Positions 1 to 13,314 of a DNA stretch of 64,000 bases are shown one piece after another. Under the pieces are notes generated by a model. The model had not been told where the DNA came from and made no database searches. It saw only the letters and a list, made by a program, of their open reading frames with translations. Within the stretch, counting starts at the first letter, position 1. Every line of letters starts with the position of its first letter. Origin of the DNA: Stegostoma tigrinum. Taxonomy: Eukaryota. Both the position numbers and the translations under genes were made by a program. Where the stretch lies: contig NC_081376.1 in NCBI RefSeq assembly GCF_030684315.1, positions 20,627,018-20,691,017 of the forward strand. The letters run 5' to 3'.

Positions 1-1734
1 ATCGAACGGGATCATGGCAAGGCCAAGCCAAATCTACATCACACTTTGAGCTACTTTTGTCAGGAAAACACTCTCAACTTGTAACATCAATAAAGTTGAA
101 TATCAAGTGCAGCTGGCACTATGGGACAACATAATCTCCAAGTTTCCCCTTGAGATCACATACTACCCTGACATCGAGATAGGTTGGCTGTTTTTTCATT
201 GATGCTAGGTCAATGTCAGGGGCCTTCTTCCCTAAACTTGAGGCATTTTTATCACAAACTGTAGCAATTAAAGAAGACCCTCCACTAAGTTCTCGAGGAC
301 AACTAGGGATGAACTATAAATGTTGGCTTTGCCACTGATACATGCATGCTGAAAATAAATTTGAAAGATAACTTACTTGAATATTGGATACATCTTCAAA
401 CCCATTATTACTAAAATCAACAAAACTAGGAAACGCAATACAGTCATGCAGTTTATCCTTGCCATGTTCAATAGTAATCCTGCAGGAAAGAGAAAACTAG
501 ATCATTAATGTTCATTTTTAAAAAGATCTTAGAATTTGCATTCATATGGTGTGTTTGCACAGCTTCAGAGCATTGAGAGTCAAATAAGTACTTATGCAAA
601 ATATGGTAATTTGAGAAAATGCTAATTTCCTCATGTTAAGGTCCCACAAACTGCCAAAGGATGAGTCATCAGTCGTCCGATTGGGGTAGTGTTCCACCAC
701 TTCAAACAAGTTTTTATTTGCACTGTCATCAATTTCAAAATTGCCACTGATAGTGTTTTAAGTTTAGTTTGGACAGAAACAACTGAGATTAGTGACTATT
801 TCATAGCTCATTAAAGGTGCGCACAATGCAAGTACAAACTTCTCTAAATAGCATTTAGTTAATGTTCAATTAGGGTTTTATGTATTTATAATTTCTGAAG
901 TGGTGTGGGATTGCAGATTCTACAAGTAATTTAAATAAAACTGCAGCTCATAATTAAACTACATGGAAGGTGCATCCCTGCTACTTATTAAAATAATCCC
1001 ACGTGGTATACTATAGCAGTCAAACCATATTCATACAAAAGCGCCCACAACAAGCGGCAGGGACTACTATTTGCCAGTATCTAAATACTTGCACTGAAAA
1101 GATGCCGTGAGGTGTTTCAAGTCCACCTGAGAAGAACCTTTGTCTAATAGCTCATCTGAAAAGTGACACCAAACTGCCAAGATGTGAGAAGCAGTTCAGG
1201 CCGTTCTGCAGAGTATAATCAGCCAACCACTTTTTCTAACGTTACCTTGAAGTAGCACCTGGAAGCATTGCAAAAATAGCTTAAAATGAAAATGTATCCC
1301 TGGCAGCACAGTCTGAAGCGGTTGAATTGCTTGCTGTTGGAACTGACTGTAATAAAATGAAATGCACGCCAACATCAAGTCATACAAGTTGATACTTTCA
1401 CTTTCTTGATGGCAAAGTACAGGTGAAGTGCTACTGTGTTGCAATGTGTTAGGACAATTTGTTCTCTAAAGGAACTGTTCCACTATTAACTTTGAGGATA
1501 AGGGGATAGAGAAACAGAGGCAAGGGTGCAACAAGGTGGACTTTATTCCACAAATGAGATGATTTCAATGGTATGGTTCGGCTTCGTTTTAGCTGCAAAT
1601 GCTACTCAAGTCTACGTGCTGTGCTACAGTGTACACATGCTAATGGTAAACAAGATGGTGTCATAGTGAATGCAGTCCCCACTCCCAAGCAGGTCTTATA
1701 GTGGGAATTGGATGAATAAATTGGACTCAAATCT

Positions 1735-3600
1735 TCCAATAGAGTCACAGTCAGATAGTACAAACAGAGATCCTTTGGCCCACTAGGTCGATACCAACAA
1801 ACCAACACCAAACTACACTAACCTCATTTAGCTGTACTTGCTCCCTGGCATTTTAAGTACTTATCCAGATGCTTCTTAAATGTTGCAAGAGAACGTTCAT
1901 CCACCACCATCTGAGGTAGCATATTCCATATTTTTGTCACCCTCTGGGTGAAAATTTTTTTTTCCCCCTCAGATTCCCTCTAGTCATAGAATCATAGTCA
2001 TATAGCACAGAAACAGACCCTTCGGTCCTGTCAGTCCATGCTGACCATAATCACAAACAAACTAGTCCCATCTGCCTGCTCCTGGTCCATATCCCTCCAA
2101 GCATACCTTATTCATGTACTTATCAAAATGTCTTTTCGATGTTGTAACTGTACTTGTAATCTAATTCCACACACAAACCATTGTCCTGTGTAAAATGGTT
2201 GCCACTCACATCTTTTTAAAATCTTTCTCCTCTCACCTTAAAAATATGCCCCCCCATCTTGAAATTCCCCATCTGAGGGAAAAGACATCTGCCATTCACC
2301 TTATCTATACGCCTCATGATTTTATAAACCTCTGTAAGGTTCACCCCTCAGCCTCTGACACTCCAGTGAAAAAAGTCCCAGCCTATCCAGACATTCCTTA
2401 TAACTCAAACCCTCCATTCCCAGCAACATCCTGGTAAATTTCTTCTGAATTCTCTCCAGCTCAATAATGTACATCCAATAACAGGATGACCAGACCGGAC
2501 ACATTACAAGCCACTTGCTCCTCATCTTAAAAACTTACACCCTCTAGTCTTAGACATATGTGCCATGGGTAACACATTCTCACGATGTACAGTTGATGCC
2601 CCTCATCATTTTGTATACCTCAATCAGACAACCCCTCAGCCTCCTCTGTTCCAATGAGAACAAACCCAGCCTATCCAGTCTGTCCTCATAACTGAGACTT
2701 TTGATCACAAACAACATCCTGTTGAAACTCCTGAGCACACTGTCTCGTGCAATCACATCTTTCCAATAGTATGGCAACCAGAAACGCACACAGTATTCCT
2801 ACTGTGGCCTAACCAATGTTGTAATAAGACTTCCTTGGTCCTATATTTTATGCCCTGACCAGTAAAGACAAGCATCCCATATGCCACCTTCTTTACTCTG
2901 TCTACCCATGCTGACACCTTCAGAGATTTATGGACTTGTACAGTAAGGTCCCATTATTCCTCAGTACTCCCTTGGGAGTTACCATTCCTTCCCTTTGGAC
3001 CTCCCAAAAGGCATCTCTTCTTACTTATCAGGATTAAATTCCATGTGTCATTGCTGTGCCCAAATCAATATCAGACTGCAGCCTCAGACCATTCTCCCTA
3101 CTAATCAACACCATCGCCATTTTCCGTGTCATCTGCAAATTTACTAATTATACCTTCTGTATTCACATCTGAGTTGTTAATGTGCATAGCAGACAGCAAG
3201 GATCCCTGTGGTACTGCTGGTCACAACTTTCAATCACAAAAACATCCCTGCACCATCACCCATTTCCTAATGTTTGTAAGCCAATTTTGGATCCGGTTTG
3301 CCAACTTGCCTTGGATCCCATGGACTGTCACCTTTTGGACCAGCCTTCCATATGGGACCTTGTCAAAGGTATTATTGAAGCCCATGAAAACTACATTAAT
3401 ACACTACATATTTAGCCATCCCTCCAAAAATCTCAATTAAACTAGTCACACAGAATGTCCCTTTAACGAACCCATGTTGGTTACCAACGATCAATCCCTG
3501 CCTTTCCAAGTGTTAATTAATCCTGTTCCTCAAATTTTTTCCCCTCCAATAATTCCCTTACCACTGACATCAGACTGGCTGTCTTTGTTCCTTCTGATAT
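1735..3600 (-). mobile_element. Decayed CR1-clade (HER1-like) LINE 3' fragments, nested
   Basis: Minus-strand ORF pieces LSYKECLDRLGLFSLECQRLRG (2322-2525) and LSYEDRLDRLGLFSLEQRRLRGCLIEVYKMMRG (2580-2789) match the CR1 ORF2 C-terminus; stops and frameshifts present; boundaries approximate. Confidence 0.8.
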
Positions 3601-4059
3601 GTTTTCCTTCTCCAGCACTCTCCATTCCCAGATACCTAATTTAGTTTGAAATAAGATTTTTGGAGTGGAAAGTGGAACTACTTGAAGCATTTTTGGCATG
3701 CTTTGGGTTTAATTCTTGTAACTTAAGAGAAAATTATTTTACTTCACATTAAAATCTTATATTCTACTACAGGGAGCAAAACATCAAAGCTCGACAGGAA
3801 CATTAGTTCCCTTACTGCCATTTTCTACTGAAATAATAGGACATTTTAGTTTAGAAAAGGGTTATATTTTAATACAAATACTTTAATCAAAGGGTAGGCA
3901 GCAGAGCAAAACAAAACCTAAATCTGATCTTGTGAGGAGCAGCTTTTTTGTAAATGGAACCCAAGCTCTGGAATTCCTCTCAAAACTTCTCTTTACCTTT
4001 TACGTTACAGTTTGAAACCTCCATTTTTGACCCAGTGTTTGATTAGCTGTAATCACAGG

Positions 4060-4830
4060 ATCATTAAATTATTAGGTTGCAGAAGGAGACCATCAGTCCG
4101 TTGTGTCTACCCTGGCTCTCTCAACATTTTAAGTTGGTGCCATTTGCATGTCTTTTCCCCATAACCCCACACACTGTTTCAATTGAACATCCATGCAATG
4201 TCCTTTTGAATGCCTGAAATGAACCTGCATCCATCACATTTCCAGGCAGTTCTTTCCAGACCCCAATTACTCACTGTGTGGAAAAGGTTTTCTTGCTTTG
4301 CATTCGCTTCTTTTGTAAAACTATACGCTCTGGTTCTCGATCTTTTCTTGAATGTAAACAGTTTCTCACTATCTACATCTAGACTCCTCTTGATTTTGAA
4401 CACTTCTGTCAAATCTCCTCCTAGCTTTCTCTCTGCCAAGGAAAACCTCGATCTTTCCTCATAACTGGAGTATTTCATCCCTGCAACCAATCTTGAAAAT
4501 CTCTTCTGAATTCTTTTCACTCTATTCACAACCATCCTACAGTGTGGCACCCAGAACTGTGCATAACACTGAGGTCTAACCAGTGTCCAATGTAAATTTA
4601 TCATAACCTCTCTGCTCTTGTATTCAACATATCCTTTATTAACAGCTCTCTCTACCTGTCCTGCCATCTGTCAGCTTCTGCTCACCCTTTAGAATAGTAC
4701 TTTTTATTTTATACAATCTCTCCATGTTCTTTGTATTAAAATGCATCACCTCATCTCTTTGCATTAAACCTTACTTGCCACATGTCCACCCACTCCAGCA
4801 ACTTATCACTATCCTCTTGAAGTTCTCTAG
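4060..4830 (-). mobile_element. Decayed CR1-clade LINE 3' fragment
   Basis: ORF 4179-4667 (-) reads TLVRPQCYAQFWVPH...RIQKRFSRLVAGMKYSSYEER...GGDLTEVFKI, a typical CR1 ORF2 C-terminus. Confidence 0.8.
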
Positions 4831-5934
4831 TGATTGGATAGGAAGTAAATAACTCTTCCCTCAGATTTCAGGGATTGAATTAGAAATGATGAAACACAGA
4901 AAACAAACAAACAGTCATATCTATAATTTTAGAGTGTTGCAACAATTCTAGAATGTTTGTGTCTGCTACTACTGTTGGGAAGGTTAAATACGCCCAAGTT
5001 CAACAACTAATGTTGCACAAGGCTGGGCTCCTTAACTGGAAAAAAAAATAACCACCCTCTATTTCTCTAGAAGATTCATGAGGACCTTACAAAATCCAGC
5101 TCAACCACAGATTTGTGGGTTAGGCTAGGGTATGCGCTATTCCATTTCTTTCATGGGATGTGGGTGTCAGCAGCATAGCTGGCACATGTTGCCCATCTCT
5201 AGTTGCCATTTTACTAAGTGGCTTACAGGGCCATTTAAATAGGATGGTTAAGAATCAACAACGGTGCTGTAGGTCTGAAGTCACATGTAGACCAGACCAG
5301 GTAAAGATGGCAGGTGTCCTTCCGGGGAGGGATTCAGATGAATTTTTAATCACAAAAAACAATGGATTTCAATGTCGCTGTTTTGAGACATGGTGGTGCT
5401 GTGGTGAGATTTATTCCCAAGTCTCCTGTGCCTGTGGTCATTACCGCTACACCACTGACTCACTGGGGACACTTCCAAATATTGACAAACTCTAGCCCTA
5501 AATTTCATGCTAACACCTTATAATCTCATTTCACCAAGAAATACTGGCGTGAGCTTAGAGTCGAATTGTTGCCAACTGAATTGTTACCATTTATTTCTCA
5601 GAGGTTGTGTAACCATTCCGTAAAGAAAACTGTTCATACCAGATGAAACAATCATTTTCCTTGCCAGTTATGTACCGTACATGTACAAGAAGCAAAACAG
5701 TTGCAGACATGTGTACTGTACCCAAGTGTAACAGTTTAAGAAAGTGCACTATCTCAAGGGCAACTAGAATTAGGCAATAATGTTGGCCTTTCCAGCATCA
5801 CACACCCTAAGAATGGATTTTGTAAAAGCATTAACTTTACAAAATTAAGCTGAAGCAAGAAAGTAAAATTTAGTTTGTGATATTGTTTGGCAAGTGGGTC
5901 ATCCATTATTTCAATCAAAACTTAAATTCCAATT

Positions 5935-6105
5935 TGCATAAATATTGGCCAATGCAGCAGGGAGAACTCCCTTTCAGATGGTGTCATTGGATTTGTTTAT
6001 CCACCAAAACGACTCATTGTCTATGTTTCATCTGAATGCAAAAATGCAGCATTCCCTCGGTTCTGCACTGGAGTGGCAGAAACGCTGATCACATGCGCAG
6101 CTTCT
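5935..6105 (-). mobile_element. Ancient Deu-domain SINE (SacSINE1/AmnSINE-like) remnant
   Basis: aatattggcc...cagggagaactccc...gcagcattccctcggttctgcactggagtggcag resembles the reverse complement of the DeuSINE core; recognised from memory, not aligned. Confidence 0.55.
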
Positions 6106-7419
6106 AAGCAACGTCTTCCAGTAGGGAAGAATTCTTACGCCTATAAGCAGCAAGAACATCACAACTTTTCCACAACTCCCTTTTTTTCTAATCCATTAAA
6201 CACGAGTTTGCAGGAAAATACGTCAAAATGGAACCGTAGCGTGTAACTAAAGATGATATTGCCATTAAAACGAGCCTTTCATTTGAACTTGGCTGGGGCT
6301 TTGCTATAATGCAGTCTCCAATACAGAACCAATGGACCCAGAGATTAATACAAAGACCCCTATCTCAGTAACATTCATCATAGCAGAAGCTACCTGAGCC
6401 AACTCACGTTGTGCTACGATCTGAATATTCAAATAGTGATCCACACAAACAGTTCTATCAGGGGGGTTTGTCAACCCGTTGAACGTATGTTCTCGAGATA
6501 ACAATATTTGACATTTCGCTCTCTCACCACTTCCCGCCCATTTACAATATGGTAATAAAATTAGAAGAATATTGAACGCAGCTATGCACCCAACAGCTTC
6601 CCGGAGATGCATTTTTTTTAAAATCCTGGGGATTCTAGGGCACTCCTGGAGGGTTGGCAACCTTTATCACTGTCGGGGCTGATTCCAGCCTTAACTGCTA
6701 AATCTCAAGTGAAATGTAAGCAAAACATTGTAGTCTGTAATTCTTCAGTAATTGCAATTAAATCTTGTAATGTGCCACGAATCCTCAGAACGTGATTCTG
6801 GGATATTCCGCCTGACGACGAGCAGTGATTAAATAGAGATAAAGTCTCCTCCCATTGCTAAGTCCTGTGAGGACAGATTTGACCCAATGGAGTCTTCAGC
6901 TCGCACTGATGTGAGATCAATTCCCCGTCTCCAATACTGAATACCCACCACGTTCCCGTCGTCCAGGCATCTCCACTCGCCTGTTTCGTGTCTCTGCCAA
7001 TGCTGCTCTCCTTTTCCGCTTCCCGCAGCTCACTTAAAGCAAGCCACCCAATTCTCGCTCTTTCACTTTCGGCATTTATCGTCGTAGGACCTAAATACCT
7101 TGCACCTGCGCAAAGTTAGTTAAGAATTATGTATTGTACAAAATAGTCAATACAGAAAATAATAATATGCAGTGTACAACATCAATGTCTCTAGTGCATT
7201 TTATATAAGACAAATAATCCACAAAAGAACCTCTAAATTCAAACGCTATAACGAATAGTCAAAATGCTCACCCTGCTGTCTCGGAATAATTGTGTGTCGC
7301 TACGATTGGAGAGTCTAGGAGATGGAATACCACTGAGATATAACGTGGTAAACTATTTCCCACAGACAGGCCAGGAACAATTGAAGTATTCAGTTTTTTA
7401 AAATCACGTTTTAGACCTT

Positions 7420-7790
7420 TCTAACATGCTTTGCAAGCAGTGATTTTACTCCGAGAGCCATCGCACAAAATGACCCAAAGAGCTTCATGGCCAATTAAAT
7501 ATATTTCAACTGTTGTTTTTATTGTAACATAAAATAAGCTAATTTATACGTGGAAAAGTCTGACATTGAGCTTTGAGATAAATGATTAGATAACCTGTTT
7601 GTGATACTGATTGAGGGATAAACAATAGCCAGCAAAGCAGGAGTATCCCCTCGCTGTTCTTTGCAAAGTGTTGTGGGGTCTTTTGCTTTTACCTAAATGG
7701 CTCGACAGGGTCTTCATTTAACATGGGCATCCAGCATAGCAGCACTTTCTCAGTACTGTACTGAAGTGTCAACCTCAATTACATAGAATC
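7420..7790 (-). mobile_element. Ancient Deu-domain SINE remnant
   Basis: gattgagggataaac...gcagcactttctcagtactgtactgaagtgtcaacc matches the reverse complement of the Deu core; related copies at about 20240-20510, 25080-25330, 40400-40730, 48100-48500 and 62370-62560. Confidence 0.6.
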
Positions 7791-8370
7791 GAAATGCAGA
7801 AATTGACCGTTCCATTCAACAGGTTTTACCAATATTTATAATGTGCAGGGGTATCTTGCAACTGTAAATATATCTCACTGTTCCACACCCATATGAGGTT
7901 GTTGACTTGCTCGCCGAGCTGAACGAGAACAAGCCAGCTCGGCGAGCAAGACGACAATCTCACCCACAACCCGAGCTACAGATCTTTGCCAAAGCTTTAA
8001 ATCCACGCCCATTTCCCTCTATTCTTATCTTCATTATATCTTCTCTTAAACCTAGTAAATTTAACTCTAACAACCACCGCATGTCGGAATGAATTCCACA
8101 TTGACATTTCACTGTCCTACTTTTTTGTGCCTTGGATGCATTTGGGTGCTTTTCCACTTTTGTCGAGTAAGTGTCAGTATTGTATTGTTCCGTTGTTTCT
8201 TGAGAGGTTCAAGCTTGCTGAGCATTGTTGGAACTTCATTCGTCAAGGCAAGGAGAGAGCATTCAATTAAATTCCCACCTTGTTGGCAGAGAACGGGATT
8301 TTGGGGGGTCATGAGGTGATTTAGTCACTGCTAGAGTTCATAATTTCACAAACCAAATTATTTGTACAGT

Positions 8371-8710
8371 CAAGATAATAAAATGAGAGGCTGGATGAAC
8401 ACAGCAGGCCAAGCAGCATCTTAGTAGCACAAAAGCTGACGTTTCGGGCCTAGACCCTTCATCAGAAATGGTGGAGAGGGTTCTGAAATAAATATGGGGG
8501 GAGGGGGGGTCGAGCGCGGACAAGAGAGTTGCAGTGAGAGAGAGATCCCCTGAGGTTTGTCCGGAGGCAGGACGATAACTTCTTCAGGTTAGGCATCCCT
8601 AGAAGAGGCTTTGCATGAGGTCAAAATTGTATCAGAGATAATAGGAACTGCAGATGCTGGAGAATCCGAGATAACGAAGTGTAGAGCTGGATGAACACAA
8701 AGCAGCATTT
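8371..8710 (-). mobile_element. Internally deleted Penelope-like element (pLTR end, tail, putative 5' ORF start, second pLTR)
   Basis: Same pLTR and tail sequence as the RT/GIY-YIG-bearing copies at 13315, 30838 and 36671; hammerhead-like motif at 8436-8466. Confidence 0.75.
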
Positions 8711-10359
8711 TACTTGTACTTCTTTCAATCTAGTTCACCATATTCGCAGTTCACAATGTTACATTGGTGAGATCCAATACAGACTGGCTTTGTAGAACAC
8801 TCCCTCTCTATAAAAATGACAGTATTCTTCCAATTGCTTATATTTTCAATAATCTATCTTGCTTCCACGCCAACATCTCCATTCTATAAATAAAGAACTG
8901 AGGGGGCTGGAAAGCTAGAACATTACGGAAATTACTCCAAAAACTCACCAAGTCTAGCAGCATGTTTGGAGAGAAATCAGAGTTAACGTTTTGGATGCAG
9001 TGACGCTTCTTTAGAATTTCTGTTGTGGTGTTCTTGCAAAGTTTAATGTAAGCTGGAGAACCACCACTTCGCTCTACCTTTAGGTGCTTTACAGCCTTCA
9101 GAACTCAGATGTTAAATTCATTAATTTCAGAGAATGATCTCTGTCCTTAATGTTTATTTTGATTTCTCTCGCCCTGTCGCAACGTGTCTCGCTAATTTCT
9201 TGTTGGCTTCGCTTTCACCAGAACTGACCTATTTTTCTCTAATTCAAACGAACCACTCGTCCATTTTACATATAAAACTCTCCCTTGCTACGAGAAGTGT
9301 ACCCTTTGTCTTTAGTTCCGGATTGCCTCACCATCCGTCGCACTTACTCATCTTTCCCACCTTGCCAAGAGTATTGAAACAATACGTTGTCGCTCCCTTC
9401 AAGTCCGAAGAAGTCTTTGGATTCGAAAAGTTAATTTTGCTCCCTGTTCACAGATGCTGTCAGACCTGCTGAGATTCTCCAGTATTTTCTGGCTTTTTTA
9501 AAAAAAACATTCTTTCGGATATTGAATTTAATTTCGTCACTTATTCAGCCACCTCTGTTTAGATTTTCCTGTGTTTTGATACAGCCCTTCACGATATTAT
9601 CTAAACCCACTCCTATATGATGTAAGCCGATGTAAAATTTTGATACAATTCCTCCAATTTCTGGGTCTGAACTACGTGGACAATAATGCACCAGGTGCGA
9701 CAGCTTCATGTTTATCCGTCCAAGAGCCTTCCACCAGGTCCGAAGTTTTTCAAAATTACCAGTGCTTCTCCCCTCAAAATATCTGTGTTGACCATTGTGT
9801 CACTTTGTCTAATTGTCTGTCCTTTTTGCTCTATGTCTCCTATTTTTGTGCTTTGCGAATGGCTGATATCCGAATACTGAGCTACTTGAGTTGGTTGTCA
9901 CCTTGGGTAAAATTTGATGCTACGTTCGGTGAGTCGGGCACTAGGACAGACGTACTGCAAAGGTGCATCAAATATTCACACTGTTTACGAAGAACCCACA
10001 GCCTGCTCTGGGATCAGAAATGTCAGGAGTGGTGCAACAGCAACATAAATGGCAAACGGATCGAAGATTGTGATTCTGGATTTACTGCTCGAAGTCAAAG
10101 AGATCAAAACATTTCATTCTTCATCAAGTGGAATTTAGTAATTTCTGTCTCTGATCTCTGCTACAAGTTTGCGTTGCCATCATGCACTGATGGGGTGATT
10201 CTTCTCTGCTATCTATGATTTCAGTTGAATTTAGGACACTAGAAATCTACGAACGCCAGGATTGTAACTGTAGATGATGCGGCACAATAAAATAATAAAC
10301 ACCCCACTGTCCAAATTCCATCAATAATCGCCCTGACAGCAAGAATATCCTAATGATCA

Positions 10360-10600
10360 ATTCCACACGCGCTCGCTCGCTGAAGGGAAGGGATGAGCAG
10401 CTCGGGCGGACCGATTGATAGTGGGTGGTGCGGCAGACCGGCGCATTTAGATGAATGAACCAGCGGACAAATGTAGAAACGGACCAGACTTCCGGTTGTG
10501 AGTAGAATTTGCAGAGAGTGAAGTAAAGCAAGGGCTGAGCTGAAGGACGGTGAACAGAACCCCGCTGTCGGACTGCATCGAGTCCAGGGAGGGTAGGACT
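10360..10600 (+). promoter_or_regulatory. MLST8: Probable MLST8 promoter and non-coding first exon
   Basis: Local CpG enrichment, GC box GGGCGG at 10404, ETS motif ACTTCCGGT at 10488-10496, candidate donors GTGAGT (10498), GTGAAC (10550) and GTAGGA (10593). The ATG exon has an acceptor (ttacag, 16280), so an upstream exon is expected. Confidence 0.55.
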
Positions 10601-10619
10601 GATGACGGAGTCTGGGTTT

Positions 10620-11404
10620 ACTAAACGTCAGTTTTCCTGCTCCTGAGATGCTGCTTGGCCTGCTGTGTTCATCCAGCTACACACTTTGTTATCAGAGATA
10701 ATGGGAACTGCAGATGCTGGAGATTCCAAGATAATAAAATGTGAGGCTGGATGAACACAGCAGGCCAAGCAGCATCTCAGGAGCACAAAAGCTGACGTTT
10801 CGGGCCTAGACCCTTCATCAGAGAGGGGGATGGGGGGAGGGAACTGGAATAAATAGGGAGAGAGGGGGAGGCGGACCGAAGATGGAGAGTAAAGAAGATA
10901 GGTGGAGAGGGTGTAGGTGGGGAGGTAGGGAGGGGATAGGTCAGTCCAGGGAAGACGGACAGGTCAAGGAGGTGGGATGAGGTTAGTAGGTAGCTGGGGG
11001 TGCGGCTTGGGGTGGGAGGAAGGGATGGGTGAGAGGAAGAACCGGTTAGGGAGGCAGAGACAGGTTGGACTGGTTTTGGGATGCAGTGGGTGGGGGGGAA
11101 GAGCTGGGCTGGTTGTGTGGTGCAGTGGGGGGAGGGGATGAACTGGGCTGGTTGAGGGATGCAGTGGGGGAAGGGGAGATTTTGAAACTGGTGAAGTCCA
11201 CATTGATACCATATGGCTGCAGGGTTCCCAGGCGGAATATGAGTTGCTGTTCCTGCAACCTTCGGGTGGCATCATTGTGGCAGTGCAGGAGGCCCATGAT
11301 GGACATGTCATCAAGAGAATGGGAGGGGGAGTGGAAATGGTTTGCGACTGGGAGGTGCAGTTGTTATCTCGGATTCTCCAGCATCTGCAGTTCCTACTAT
11401 CTCT
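10620..11404 (-). mobile_element. 5'-truncated Penelope-like element (10694-~11360, -) nested in an older plus-strand pLTR of the same family
   Basis: ORF 11046-11306 encodes the GIY-YIG C-terminus (RRLQEQQLIFRLGTLQPYGIN); the host pLTR is split into 10620-10693 and ~11361-11404 with ttgttatc at both junctions. Confidence 0.85.
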
Positions 11405-11454
11405 GTAACAGTGAGGTTTTGTTTAACAACAATTCGGCAAATCGTTAAATCATT

Positions 11455-11935
11455 AGAGATAATGGGAACTGCAGATGCTGGAGAAACCAAGATAACGAAG
11501 TGTGGAGAGATAATGGGAACTGCAGATGCTGGAGAATTCCAAGATAATAAAATGTGAGGCTGGATGAACACAGCAGGCCCAGCAGCATCTCAGGAGCACA
11601 AAAGCTGACGTTTCGGGCCTAGACCCTTCATCAGAAAAGGGAGATGGGGAGAGGATTCTGAAATAAATAGGGAGAGAGGGGGAGGCGGACTGAAGATGGA
11701 TAGAGGAGAAGTTAGGTGGAGAGGAGAGTATAGATTTCGGGCCTAGACCACTGTCTCCTCTCCACCTATCTTCTCCTCTATTCATCTTCGGACCACCTCC
11801 CCCCCCCCTATTTATTTCAGAATCCTCTCCCCATCTCCCTTTTCTGATGAAGGGTCTAGGCCTGAAATGTCAGCTTTTGTGCTCCTAAGATGCTGCTTGG
11901 TCTGCTGTGTTTATCCAGCTCCACAACTTGTTATT
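11455..11935. mobile_element. Non-coding miniature palindromic Penelope derivative (two inverted pLTRs, doubled tail)
   Basis: Minus-strand pLTR to ~11735 followed by plus-strand pLTR ~11750-11935; tail agagataatgggaactgcagatgctggagaa occurs twice at the left end. Confidence 0.8.
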
Positions 11936-11959
11936 ACAGTTTGCCTTATGAACGTTTGA

Positions 11960-13314
11960 ATTGGGACCAGCCTTCCTGGTCCCTAGAGCCTGCTCGCGCA
12001 ATTACATAAATTCATGGTTAATCTGATTACTCCTCATTTCAGTCTGCCCCAATAACTAACTCCAACCCCGCTTCCAAAGAATCAATCAACCTCCGTCTTA
12101 AAATATTAACAAAAATATCCACTTGTACCACCTCTGAGGAAGAGAGTTCCAAAAATGATTGAAGATATAAAATCTCCTAATTTATTTATTAAATGGGTGT
12201 TCTTTTAGTTTTGAACAGCAACCCAGAGTTCTGGATTTTCCAACTAGAGGAAACATCCTTTATATCCTGTCAGAACCTCTCAGGATCTTGTGTACTTCAA
12301 AGAAGTCACCTCTTTCTCATCCAAACTCTCCTGAATACCAGGTGAGCTTGACCACTTTTTCTTAAGAGTCTACCTGTTGCTTTTGGGAATGAGTCAGTTA
12401 AATCTCTAAACTGCTTCCCATGCGTTTACTTGCTATCTTAAATAAGAAAACAAATTCTGTATGCCACTCCAGACATGATCGTATCAATGCTTGTTACAAC
12501 TGAACCATAACCTCCATACTTAATATATTAAATTTCTGTTGCAATAAATTATAACATTCTGTTACCATTGTTAATTACTTGCTGTTTCTGCATATTAACT
12601 TTTGTGATTTGTGTATTAGGACACATTACTTTGCAACTCTGTAATTGCTCACTATTTAAAAATGCACTTTTTTATTCTTCACACAAAATGGACAATTTCC
12701 CCTGTCCTCAAGTTGTCACGTACCCTCCTTTTTCACGTAACTTATTTATATATATTAATATATACCTTACCTACATATGTAGCCTTCATATTTCATGTTT
12801 ACAACTTGCCTTCCTACCTTTCTTTGTGTCATCAGCAGATTTAGCAACCATAATTTCAATATCTTTATCTAAAGTAACATATAAATTGTAAAAAGCTCAG
12901 CACTGATCCCTGTGGCACACTACTTGTTACATCTTGCCAAACAAGAAAAGACCTACTTATGCCTACTCGTTCTTCCCTGTTAGCTGCTAAATCTACTAGT
13001 CTTGCTGATGTATTACCACCTGCATCATGAGTCTTTAATTTCTGCAATAACTTTTGGTGTGGCACCTTATCAAGTTTGTTCTGGAAATCAAAGTTCCATC
13101 CATCTTTTATCCATGTCCTTTTTATCCAAAATAGCACATTTAATTTCCTTAAAGAATTTCAATAAATTGGTCAAATGTGATATCTCTTTCATAAAAATAT
13201 ATTGACTCTTCCTAATTACCTTAAATGTTTTGAAATGCACTGCTATAATGTCTTTAATATTAGCTTGTCATACCTTCACTATGATGAATGTTAAGCCAAC
13301 TGGACTATCATTTT
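11960..13314 (-). mobile_element. Decayed CR1-clade LINE, continuing after the Penelope insertion to about 16100
   Basis: ORF 12865-13137 reads DFQNKLDKVPHQKLLQKL...VTSSVPQGSVL (RT motifs DFxKAFDKVPH and GVPQGSVL). Confidence 0.75.

Noticed and set aside
9640-10218. 192-aa ORF upstream of the MLST8 promoter
   Set aside because: TTG start, no recognisable domain or splice context; probably chance
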